Part shown: positions 21,201 through 28,700 of the stretch, piece by piece
How positions within the stretch are numbered: the stretch's first letter is position 1
How the letters are laid out: each line of letters begins with the position of its first letter
Source of the DNA: a virus
Taxonomy: Duplodnaviria; Caudoviricetes
Virus record (IMG/VR): IMGVR_UViG_3300012952_003947
Span: 7,832 to 71,831 of that record
Direction: 5' to 3' (one strand)
DNA length: 64,000 nt
Position numbers and translations under genes: made by a program
Notes under the pieces: generated by a model
Told to the model about the DNA's origin: nothing
Databases searched by the model: none
Seen by the model: only the letters and a program-made list of their open reading frames with translations

Positions 21201-21854
21201 ATCAGAACCACCGTCGGTGCCCCGGGGAATGAGAGAGTCTACCTTAAGCCAGAATTCTACAGTTGATCCAGAAGATGCATTAAACTTTAGATTTGATTCA
21301 CGATTACTGTTATTATCAAATACATTACCATATGATGCTTTAAAGTCGCCTTTGGAGTTTGTAATATCTTTATATTGTTCGCGAGAGTTTGCGGCGGGGC
21401 CGCCTTTAACTAAAATATATTCTGTGACTGCTGGAAGACCAAAATAATATCCGGCAGTTGCTAAATGAGATGGATTAAGAGTAGAAGCTGCTGTGCCCCA
21501 GCCGTCTGGAGAAAACTTAGCATATCCATTAACTCTAGGATATTCATAGTCAAATACATGCTGATCTAGATAAGAAGAGGAGTTATACCAATCTAGTTGC
21601 TCCGCTCGTGTTCCATCGTACGGATATAAATTTTGAATTCTTGTAAACGCAGATTCATAATATTTCTCGGCAGAGCCAAATTTTGCAAAATTCTCTGGCT
21701 TGGTAAAATCAACGTGAGGCACAAAAGCATCTTTTTCGGCTGCGTAAGATTCTAAAATCTCATGTTCACCAATTTTATCTTTTAGGTTTTCTAGTGTTGA
21801 GGCTGATAAAACACTGTCCGTACCTTGATTTTTAAATAAATCTTTAATACTCAT
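12261..21854 (-). CDS. 3197 aa baseplate wedge (gp7-like) protein with LamG/concanavalin-like domains
   Basis: LamG signature TVEFWLK...DGSWHHYAFV...LYVDG...FSGSMDEFRYWKTART and a second degenerate copy; wedge-type LYKTKGTEKSFRNFIRCFG motif; downstream of gp25-like and gp6-like genes. Confidence 0.6.
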   Translation of the reverse strand: MSIKDLFKNQGTDSVLSASTLENLKDKIGEHEILESYAAEKDAFVPHVDFTKPENFAKFGSAEKYYESAFTRIQNLYPYDGTRAEQLDWYNSSSYLDQHVFDYEYPRVNGYAKFSPDGWGTAASTLNPSHLATAGYYFGLPAVTEYILVKGGPAANSREQYKDITNSKGDFKASYGNVFDNNSNRESNLKFNASSGSTVEFWLKVDSLIPRGTDGGSDRMTLFDLWNGVTGSSTEYGRYEIFVHNDGTGSNAAFGVHCISGTVGTGAGEADSFVGFNSVSASAASEGLFTDYTKDSLADGSWHHYAFVMQNDSADLRATLYVDGKRRQEITKTNGALGEFAGSMVATIGANVAFPDFLQNFGTATTPLGRGLNKFSGSMDEFRYWKTARTPKDIGLNWYVPVYGGTNRSDANTDLGVYYKFNEGITTTASLDSTVLDYSGRICNGSWTISTGMVGSTYRGTGSAMVESDVVNSEYKDPILYPNQSEVADMKNKLTFIGKEHDLTNNASIFNSIPAWIQEGDSEDGDGHLSNLTQIISSYFDTLYLQVQSLPKLKEVTYPSSSFKPYSFSDQVLQSHGFSTAEIFADVDTLGQFAEKDEKLVFREKLHNVKNSIYNNIYNNLVFLYKTKGTEKSFRNFIRCFGIDEEIIRLNIYGNNITHEIKENYREVAYKNSYIDFNHSDRFGSTVYQYPETGNTNSVSFITGSGGGHSQERHIPITIEADILFPKKHAANTANYQPYDYITSSLFGCHTAMDDNDLTWGSPDYGGLQVYAVRDRIEGNQITFVLTGSFVPEITSSTFTNIYDNERWNFAVRVKDEKYPQASLVSGSFLSGSTTNKYLVEFVGVNAHGGTVVREFKSTGFLDTELGESEIRNELDGASFITAPKRFYVGAHRTNFTGNVVQYSDVKVGGLRVWLTDLDDNEVRAHARDAANYGVDSPYQNSYMLQSDIPDVEVPKFATLALNWDFQHVTGSDGDGKFTVSDVSSGSLSLASTRYDWVGNVTRKQHTARGENFPSNNKKVVDDFYVATTRQSNPDNIISSDMVNILDRDDVTFTRETRPINYFFAFEKSPYQNVSDEMIRLFATIKDFHNIIGEPVNRYRQEYKEMGKIRQLFFEKLANTPDVEKYIEFYKWVDNSISMMLQNFVPASAEFAENVRTVIESHVLERNKYTTKFPTMEFKVDDPEARIMGINELLYDWEFGHAPLNPTNGREDGNSNENTNCLWWKDRAERDKSPLDLGISTLDGDRQTLNNIITKVVDATAPQLAEVSGNSYTGSTYALRKLSRPYKFSADESKQIRAGQAYINKKPNFYKSITEYGANGTLRIPQTDLEVVVSSCDDKKGPADLLKRKLNFKTNVLESGVEVTDAYQQAKGDLIAPFTIFSSSVSTGYPVGSGLRTFRPNIDINNHHFDSYNNEAPLQGPFTEKHVGGLTHRHTELNTAISKTLDDDESRAEAWKLDISVLNLTVKNPGDDGPDKPRARYFRDETAKRPINIRNIQQSTSSVDSITFIGNYTNKYEVVHTTGRSVNNIFFNNSDGASNFPSIYAKTDSQEGLPKTTNIHSLIGINPSTEGRGNVFGHLGEGDHPINTSNRFSSATDYTLDTRGEEGSSNQKTVIANRFSSPGGPETLSRGFLDINAEEYSVYNALPFRNLSVRGPGSGEDGTIRMSNHLDGNNDGATARSARDGLRTILTRHCGQYGHDSTHGSVLTDKYVTVPSFHKINRNGRKRLELAETADYLHGENIATTESVYDNWYVQHPIPQSDMGYAWISASVDSSIFGFATGSSELSFITESSAGSVIASTGQRVYIGDRDRVGFSAATGFIGVDFAGMNTNIYEPITEASNFIGYDSLSVEQISAGYRVKINYVPEHPAGDGDPDSDGQDYNAYAQVSSVGWNGVAATLNGILIHRNGPYGYPSWKQTRTGLHPVARDMRKKNRYSIITQPRTKTETTFNTDGLSRWEKYQRDLLAIQGKKVAEVLTSYTEPPVAIKYKPITHKLTVGKQGSNTTGREEIVINHTFGNNLSHFANNALNNNIASEELRGDNRTLANRPKQAYDDLLDIYEKGALPPAANPVESFNGLFYSETVFPKEKNTFLNKVRSRTQYAETTGHATNGIDRKDRRTFWNNDENSMGLTIDSALNSQGMVDNGQGRTDLSNTKLSVWPLGPTRHRPEGTVTIAGGGSLSATYNRADYFGELWPAGTYESLHTTASLSFMRTLSTSGTGSTYLVTGYDNPTLTASIWEPFAVPGKMKPYYAHDVRGKSPWFNNYEDYASDIRVIGQDHSIVPEFRISDHIDFYMNERGGNFRAKNNMLFMLDGGNITASAGPNRTSRLDDDFYDTYSHSDFLKYFNMIQEDHSDTAVSRITLKCSGVKKLLPYNGFYPALRSVQLGSLLSQSLGPFIGGSKSTGSAYFNGTNSTSWAPTYDFGAQRLNALLQPLMAPGVFFNSIKSGIAVDYPVYKGSAPEGQSGLIGASFTSFEMSALTEAPNYRLPFEALVDFKNYIPISSSDGQSAIHFVETSPAYRTTRTSDPSLADATFLSLFSADADASDPAQDVFFDWNGSFKPSFPMASHNFLAEVPRFFLKNGKLTSAFSAAEKDFKPMVSGTVYYMDVVLRRTKDLVISEGPVGNRNQQTGYFNRISPHWGDRRGSIYGPALSGTWADLTVSLAHQHILEEGTWTLDTPHFTANIGGVAEGVTSDAYNLLNSFINHSAWTPPYFYGDSVARISFSPHDSGVYGDDNPMDTGASAVFSLDEILAGAEVTYFNKNPYLDTVAGTATGSVHGNSLPVQNCMQLSSSVNLLGKTRVKKVTYSSQTDSEGQYVPTSITDSDTSAFDVWSIGTKWECPVLDVSGTHGDPDKDARFVRSIWNGYGNIPGEGTGLFLDIEESHPVQLLDPSQTTTGSLINVCGFNPGSQRVGEVADEKEISEAVVAIPFSKKKTNFTVNTFGSKHFFKILPGIYKKQLENITNGKPAVQRGDFGAKEDIQDTSISDMIKLMNRYVVPPNFDFLKYKTKTPFVMYIFEFTHTLDKDDLSDIWQNLMPEIAMTAEKEEVVVSHPTGKHEFFHGLPPFKDDAGEEIHWMIFKIKKKAERSYYNLTADSRDDDRFKFQVGNKEKEPDYSYNWPYDYFSLVELVKLDAGISIGPDAPFIPQSAISKEQFNEEEGTVKIPPGKNQDITQIQRSEKPSTRLTKVSEGERR

Positions 21855-21863
21855 TTTTGACTA

Positions 21864-23519
21864 CTATTCTTTTTCTTCCACTCTAAATTTAAATGTTTCT
21901 GACTGTTCTACATATGAATTATTCAAATAATAACTCAATTTTAAAGCGTATGCATAGCCCGGTTCAAGCAATGACATGTCTAAATCAAAATAGCTTCCGG
22001 ATGAATCATATGACAATCTTGTATAAGATTTTGCATTTCCTGTTGCCAGGGGAGAAGTGCTGCCTGTTCCGTACGGAACTACTTCAAGGCCATCTACAAC
22101 TCTATAAACTCTGTAGTAGGCATCTTCTACATTCTCTGATTCGGAAGCTTGTGTTGCCTTGGTATATATTGATGGACACCAATTCTTTTCTCTAGCATAA
22201 ACTCTAAATCTTGGTGTTTCATTTTTATCATAAATTGGTTTAAGATTTGTAATATTATTAACATATGTAGGTTTCGGATTATATTCTTTAGCAGTATGCG
22301 TTACTGGATATATAGATCCTGTGTGTACTGTTAAACCTTCAGAACCTGCGGCACCTTCGTCGCCTGCTCCAGAGGAGCCAGAGAACCATACATCATGTAG
22401 CTTGGCTAGAGGGTTAGCCGAAGAGGTTAGGGCAAAAGAGGCAGTATATACTCCAACGTCCTCATAGCCTCCTGTGATTACTGTACCATTTACTAAATCT
22501 GTTTGAACCAAATCTATGGCTGGGCCTTCTGGTATATCGGTACCATCGTCGGATCCAGAATATATTCTCACATATATCTCAGAACCTTTAGAATCGATAC
22601 CGGGGACATTTCTTAGGCGGCCTCTAAAGTAGTTATAAAAATAAATTGTATTAATATTCTCGTCCGCAGAGACAAGTGAACTGCTATAATGGAAAGAGCC
22701 TCGGTGATCCTTTGTGGATGAATCCCATCTAGCTTCAATTGTTGGCTTTTTAAAGAAAAATTCTGACCCTCTAGCAAAAAATCTTTTCGTGTAGTAAGAT
22801 CTTTTAGATCCGGTTAAGTTATTTAAGACAGAGCCAGTGTCGGCGGCTGTAGAAGACGAGAAGTGTGCCTCTTGTGTTCCCGTCAAATGTACACCAAAGC
22901 CATAATTTGAAATAGTGCCAGCGATCCATTCTTCTACCGTGTCTGTAACATCAAGTTCTAAATCTTCAATACCTTTTGTAAAGTCAACAGTCTTTGCTCT
23001 GTTGGTATCTTCATCACCATGATCACTAGATCCAGTGTGATAATCTCCACCTTGACGCTCCCAAGATGTGTTAGCTGCGCTTCGAACCCAGTTAGAGCCC
23101 TCTTCGTCTCTGGTTAGGTCCCTGTATCCTTCCATGTCTAAACCAAAACCTTCTTCCCAGGAGGCTGAAACTGGTACGACATTTAGGGTCATATTGCGCG
23201 GAGTGGTCTCTCCATGTTTGGCATTGTACATTTTTAAATAAAAATCAACGTTTCCGCTGACCGGTAAATCGCCTCTATTTCTATCCGCAATAATATCCGC
23301 TATTGGAAATTGAATTAATATCCTAGATAGTTCTGTTGTTTTGCCAGAACCGGCGCCGGTAACCGATGATGATGGCTGTTGAGCTTGACCATAGATAGAA
23401 AAAACTTCCAATATATCACTAGCTCCCGTATTTGAACCAGTGCCTCTGGTGGACAAGTTACTCTCAAAAGCATTAGTGATTGTGTTATCTTTTTCTGCGA
23501 TGTACTTTTTAATGGCCAT
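21864..23519 (-). CDS. virion protein with DNRLRE/CBM96-like beta-sandwich domain
   Basis: KDNTIT...NTGASDILEVF...SRILIQF...YLKMY...VPVSASWEEGxG...GGD pattern; in baseplate operon. Confidence 0.45.
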   Translation of the reverse strand: MAIKKYIAEKDNTITNAFESNLSTRGTGSNTGASDILEVFSIYGQAQQPSSSVTGAGSGKTTELSRILIQFPIADIIADRNRGDLPVSGNVDFYLKMYNAKHGETTPRNMTLNVVPVSASWEEGFGLDMEGYRDLTRDEEGSNWVRSAANTSWERQGGDYHTGSSDHGDEDTNRAKTVDFTKGIEDLELDVTDTVEEWIAGTISNYGFGVHLTGTQEAHFSSSTAADTGSVLNNLTGSKRSYYTKRFFARGSEFFFKKPTIEARWDSSTKDHRGSFHYSSSLVSADENINTIYFYNYFRGRLRNVPGIDSKGSEIYVRIYSGSDDGTDIPEGPAIDLVQTDLVNGTVITGGYEDVGVYTASFALTSSANPLAKLHDVWFSGSSGAGDEGAAGSEGLTVHTGSIYPVTHTAKEYNPKPTYVNNITNLKPIYDKNETPRFRVYAREKNWCPSIYTKATQASESENVEDAYYRVYRVVDGLEVVPYGTGSTSPLATGNAKSYTRLSYDSSGSYFDLDMSLLEPGYAYALKLSYYLNNSYVEQSETFKFRVEEKE

Positions 23520-25318
23520 TATCTAATAGTGCCCCTTATATCTTGGTTTGGATATTTTATTTCATAAATTGCATTCTTTGGTATTGAAATAAATCGACCA
23601 TCCGATGATGTGTTACTTTTTGTATTGAATCGAATGTCAGAATATTTGCCACCGTTTTTCTGAAATACTTCTACTCTTTTTGTATCAACCACTCCGGGTA
23701 CAAGGTTTAACACTTTGTATAGTTTTGTGATCGAAAAAGATTCTCCAATGTCTGGTAGTATATTGAATTCTTCTCTCAGCGCTCTAATGCACCTATCTAA
23801 TAGATCATGTTTATTAACGCCACGTTCTGCTATAACATCAAAATCAATAGCAAAATTAATTATTTTAGCATCTAAAATATCAATTGTATCATTTATCATC
23901 CTGTTTCTATTTAACCAGATTTTAAGATTTTGTTTAATATAAGAATTACTTTCTATCAAAAAACCTCCGGCGCCTTCAGAAATTACGTATAAATTTAGGT
24001 TTCTTTTAAAAGAATCAGAATCTTGAATTAAGTTGCATCTTTTAACAGAGCCAAACTGTGGAGGCATAGAATATACTAAAACTTTATAATCTTCAGCAGT
24101 TACTGCTCTATTTTGCGAGTAGAACGCACCGTAAGCACGTTGTTTAAGCTCTTCAGAGTTAACATATTTTGTATCACCACAAATTGGTTCTTCATTGGTT
24201 ACCTCTAAGGATTCAACAATGGTCTTCTTCTGACTTCCGTCTAGATCAACAGGATTCTTGAATTCTATATTCACATCTCCAGTTTGAGTTACTGTATTAA
24301 CAGGAGCGTTTAGAGAGGTGCTATTATTGCTCCTATAAACTACTGTTAGTGTTGTATTTGACGGCGCTACTCCAAGCTTATCAGATGTTAGGAAATTATA
24401 TGGATCAAAGGTTTTATCAGAAATATAGTCTTTTCCGTGAATGTCCATTAAGACGTTGCTAGGATCTACAATTAAATCCGCAGTGTCATCGCTCTCAGAA
24501 CCATGTCCAAACTGCAATGTGGTTTCGCCGGCCTCGCGGTGGACAATAAACCTTCTTGGCACTGCAATAGGCTTCATGATCTTAGGAGCGAACTCTGAAT
24601 CTGAGTTAGAAGGATTATCTACTTCTGAATAAACTATCTCTTGGGACAAATAATCAACTTCAAAATATGAGTTTCCCTCGGAATCAACCACCGAAATAAT
24701 TTCGCTAACATTCGAATCATCAATTGTTACTTTTTTAAATCTTTCGTATTCGCCAATCTCAGCTTCAACAAATTTTAGTTCTCCAGAAATTACTCTTCCT
24801 TTCGCCTTAACGGCAAAATATGTTGGTACTCCGGTGGTAGAATTTACATTTGATACAATAATCTCATTGGTGGTCTTACTAAAATCAATATCCTCTATCA
24901 GAAGATAGGAGGTGCCGGCGGTAGAGAATACAGTAGAGCCTCTTTTTAATTTTGGATAGTAATCTGCATCAACTGCTGTGCCTGCAGAATTAGCTGGAAC
25001 TAAAACAAAGAACGATACTTCTCCAACCGCAGTGGGAGCACCGGTGAATTTATAGCCTAGTTGGCGTGAATGTTTAATAACGTTATTATATTCTAGCGCC
25101 GTATCTAAGAATGATTCATTCGCCTGATAATCTAGATAGAACGAAAGGATATCGCCCACGTAAGCAACAGTATCAAGCATTAAAGATCCAAAGGATGCTT
25201 CATTAAAATCCTTAAAGTTGTTTGGGTAGTATCTTTTTGCGTACTCTACCAGCGATTCTTTAATAGTATTAAAGTCGCGAGAAGTATAATTAATTGGTAC
25301 CTTCTTTTTTTCTACCAT
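23519..25318 (-). CDS. baseplate wedge subunit, T4 gp6 / baseplate J-like
   Basis: YTSRDFNTIKESL...DFNEASFGSLMLD...LSFYLD, LQFGHG, QNRAVTAEDY motifs typical of gp6/J. Confidence 0.85.
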   Translation of the reverse strand: MVEKKKVPINYTSRDFNTIKESLVEYAKRYYPNNFKDFNEASFGSLMLDTVAYVGDILSFYLDYQANESFLDTALEYNNVIKHSRQLGYKFTGAPTAVGEVSFFVLVPANSAGTAVDADYYPKLKRGSTVFSTAGTSYLLIEDIDFSKTTNEIIVSNVNSTTGVPTYFAVKAKGRVISGELKFVEAEIGEYERFKKVTIDDSNVSEIISVVDSEGNSYFEVDYLSQEIVYSEVDNPSNSDSEFAPKIMKPIAVPRRFIVHREAGETTLQFGHGSESDDTADLIVDPSNVLMDIHGKDYISDKTFDPYNFLTSDKLGVAPSNTTLTVVYRSNNSTSLNAPVNTVTQTGDVNIEFKNPVDLDGSQKKTIVESLEVTNEEPICGDTKYVNSEELKQRAYGAFYSQNRAVTAEDYKVLVYSMPPQFGSVKRCNLIQDSDSFKRNLNLYVISEGAGGFLIESNSYIKQNLKIWLNRNRMINDTIDILDAKIINFAIDFDVIAERGVNKHDLLDRCIRALREEFNILPDIGESFSITKLYKVLNLVPGVVDTKRVEVFQKNGGKYSDIRFNTKSNTSSDGRFISIPKNAIYEIKYPNQDIRGTIR

Positions 25319-25352
25319 CGATATGTTCTCCGGAGGGACAGTTCTCTACACA

Positions 25353-25361
25353 TTAATTAGA
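25353..25361 (-). promoter_or_regulatory. candidate phage late promoter TCTAATTAA
   Basis: Overlaps the stop of the gp25-like gene, about 35 nt upstream of the ATG at 25318; matches the element at 3871. Confidence 0.35.
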
Positions 25362-25761
25362 TCATTAAATCAGAATTTATTTCTAAAACGTCAATATCTC
25401 CGGTTGGTTTGATAACATATTTCAATTGTATTCTTAAACCGTTAGCATTGTCTGGGTCTGCTGGAGTTCCTTTGTGGAAGGAAAGCTCTTCAATACTAAC
25501 AAAGGGAAGGTATTTATCTACTTGAGAAAATATTCTCCCCTCGATGACCGAATGTACACGCTCCATATTCGGTTCAAACAAGAAATTTCTTAATCCTACT
25601 CCAAAAGTTGGATCCATCATTTTTTCTCCAGGGCAAGTTAAAATTAGATGTTTTAAATTTTGAGCAACAGCTTCTTTAATTGTTTTGTTTAGTCCAAAAG
25701 CTGGATCTACGTCATCATTTCTGACTGGCAATTGTGGTGATATTCCATATCCGCAAGACAT
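25357..25761 (-). CDS. baseplate wedge protein, gp25/GPW-like
   Basis: AVAQNLKHLILTCPGEKMMDPTFGVGLRNFLFEP is the gp25 family signature; adjacent to gp6-like gene. Confidence 0.9.
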   Translation of the reverse strand: MSCGYGISPQLPVRNDDVDPAFGLNKTIKEAVAQNLKHLILTCPGEKMMDPTFGVGLRNFLFEPNMERVHSVIEGRIFSQVDKYLPFVSIEELSFHKGTPADPDNANGLRIQLKYVIKPTGDIDVLEINSDLMI

Positions 25762-28700
25762 TATTCTTCTCCTTCATATTCTGGTTCTTCGCACTCTAAA
25801 GTGATAGTTCCATCTTCTATAGCCTGTTTGTAGGCTCCGGGGGTACCCCCTAATTTCTTATCCCTCTCTTTATCTAATAAGTTCCCAGGAAGAGAAAATG
25901 ATATTCCAAGGGCCACTAAACCATATGGGGTTATTGGTGCGCCGGCGGCCATGAGGCCCGCTGCAATGGCAGGGACAGTATAATCTGGCGCTCCAGTTAT
26001 TCCTTGTATCTTCGTCGACGTTGATACAACCGGGTCTGTTGCTTGGGCAAATGCTTTGAGTACAACTGCCGGACCAATTGATGGTGAAAAAGAGGGACTT
26101 TCAGCCTCTGAGCTACCTAAGCTTTGTTGTTTCTTGATAAAGGATCCAAAATCTCCACCAGATTTATGTTTATCTTCAATTGAATATTTATGACTCTGCC
26201 CTGCATCTACAACCGATGTTTCAAATAAAGCTTTCAAAGATTTTTTCGTTTGGGTGAATCCTGTAGCATCTCTCATAGAGGGGTGAGACATACTATATAA
26301 AGCTCCCAACGTTTTTAACCTCTCATGATTAAAAAGATAGTCATTCAATATTTTGTATTCCGGGTTGTTTTTCATTTTTTCTCGTAACTCGGGTTCATAA
26401 GTCTCAAACACGCTGTTCATGTAACCGCCAAATATTTGCTCTCTTTTTGCCGTTTGATTCTTAAAGTTCCCTTCCTCTGCAGAATACGGGTAGCCCCATC
26501 TCGTATATCTTTGATTGGCATATACGTCTCCAGCCTCAAGCGGGTCCGGACCTGTAAATTGAAAATTATTTTGAATGTCTTGAACATAAGACGTCAAATC
26601 AGAATAGGCGCCGCCGCCAACATTTGCTCTAATTTTTTTACCATATGGTGTGTTAGATGCTGGATATTCATTTGCGGTGTTGAATTGTCCGTCGCCGGGA
26701 TGGCCAATAATATTTTGAACTAACTCATTGAACGTTTTAAATCTCATCTGTGAGGATTTATTAGTTAAAGTGATCTCTTCACTAGCGATGGGAATCATAT
26801 TAACAGAATAAGTTTTATACATATTTGCAGTCGAATTCAGTTGTACTACAGCGGCGTCGTCCCCTGCCGGCTCATGAATCATATAGTCTCGGATTTCTTT
26901 TGGAATTTCGTCTTTAATATCATCCCAGCCGGCTGCATTGAGATTTAAATCTAACACTTTTTTATATGATTTCAGGGCGCCGGCGGATTCTCTTATTTGC
27001 TTATGATATTTATTTTCTTCTTCGATTGCGATATTCGCTATATCCTCGAAAGCGCTGTTCAAACTCGCGCCGGTGTCTTCAGAAGTTGGCAAACAATATA
27101 CCAATCTAATGCCTATAGAGACATCTAAGTAGTCTGCTATCTTCTTATCCGCATAAGACGATTGTTCCCCGATTTCTTGCACATTACCTGATCCAAATTC
27201 CGTAGTTACCTCTTCGCCTTCTGGTACTTCATCTGCAGATATTATGATATCTGTTTGTGGATATTGAATTGCATTCCAAACTGCGCGCTCAAATTCATCG
27301 AGCGGAATGACTTCTGGTAGTGTGTTAATTCCTCCAAACGAAAAGTTTTTAGTGAACTCCTCAGATAATTTCTGTTGATCGAACTTATCCTCCCAGGAAT
27401 TATTATCTTTATACGATTTATAAGAATTAAAATCTATATTTGGATAAAAGTTTATAAATTTTCTAGCATTTTTCATTTCCCAAGTTTTTTTAAGCTTCAC
27501 ACGAACATACTTTTGAAAGAAAAAATTGCCATCAAAGCTGGTATCGGCTAGCCGTGTTTGCTTTTGGTTCTGCACAAATTGATTTGTGGGAATTGTCAAA
27601 TCGTTAGTATCAAAAAATTTAAACTTATTTTTTTGATCGCTCATAAGAGAATAGGATGTTATATCTCTTGCGTCCTCTTGCCACATAATATTTTTTATTT
27701 TAAGCAAGAGACCAGAGGGGGCGACGCTGGAATGCTCAAAAAAGTTTCCATTTTTAGTGATATCTTGCAGTTGATTAAAGCTTATCATAGGAGATGGAAC
27801 ATCCATATATGTTTGGTCGTAAAAAGATATAGAATTTAAAACATCTAGAGACTTATTTGAAGAAAATTCCTTAATTAGGTTTTCAACTCTAGGCTGCATC
27901 ATATCGAGTTCTTGTTTAATAATATCATCTATCGTATCATCTGGCCTGATTTCTGCTAAATGTTTGTTAAAAAGATCAACATACTTGTTATTATTAGAAT
28001 ATTCAAATAAATCATTATTTAGCTGAGTTTTTATAATAGCTAGTCCTAGATCCGTTGATAAGACCTCCTTCACATCTAACTCACTAAACGCAAATATACC
28101 ACGTAACAAGGGCTGTAAAATAGCTAGCCTGATTATAGACATTATAGATAATTCTTGAAGTGCCTCTTGAATAGAAGAAATATCTCCTGTTATATCTCTC
28201 TCTATTGTTTCATTTTCTTTTTGTCTATAATTTTCCACTGCATTTTCGACTAGAGAATCAGTATCCATAATATCTTTATATTTATCGACACAGATTTTTC
28301 TTATAGGATCTAATTCCGCTTCTTTTTTAACAAATTCTAGTGATTCAAAATTGTTGATATTAAACAGAGCATTGTTAACAAAACTTTGCATGGAGTTTTG
28401 CACGTATAAAACCAAATAGCGAGCATAATAATTTTTTAGGCTGCCTTCCAATGCACCCGCTCCCTGAGAAAACGTTGAATTATCTAAGTCAATACCAGGA
28501 TACAGATTTCTTACTTTATCCATAATCATTTTTGACCATATTGTAGCTTGGGGCAAATCTTGACTTAACAAGTCTATAGTTTTACTATTGTATGTGGGCT
28601 CTTCTACACCCAATACGCCGACGACTGGAAGATCTGGCAAATCGTCACCTGCAGGATCGCCGACACCAACAGCGGGGCCAGTGGTAATATTTTCTTCATT

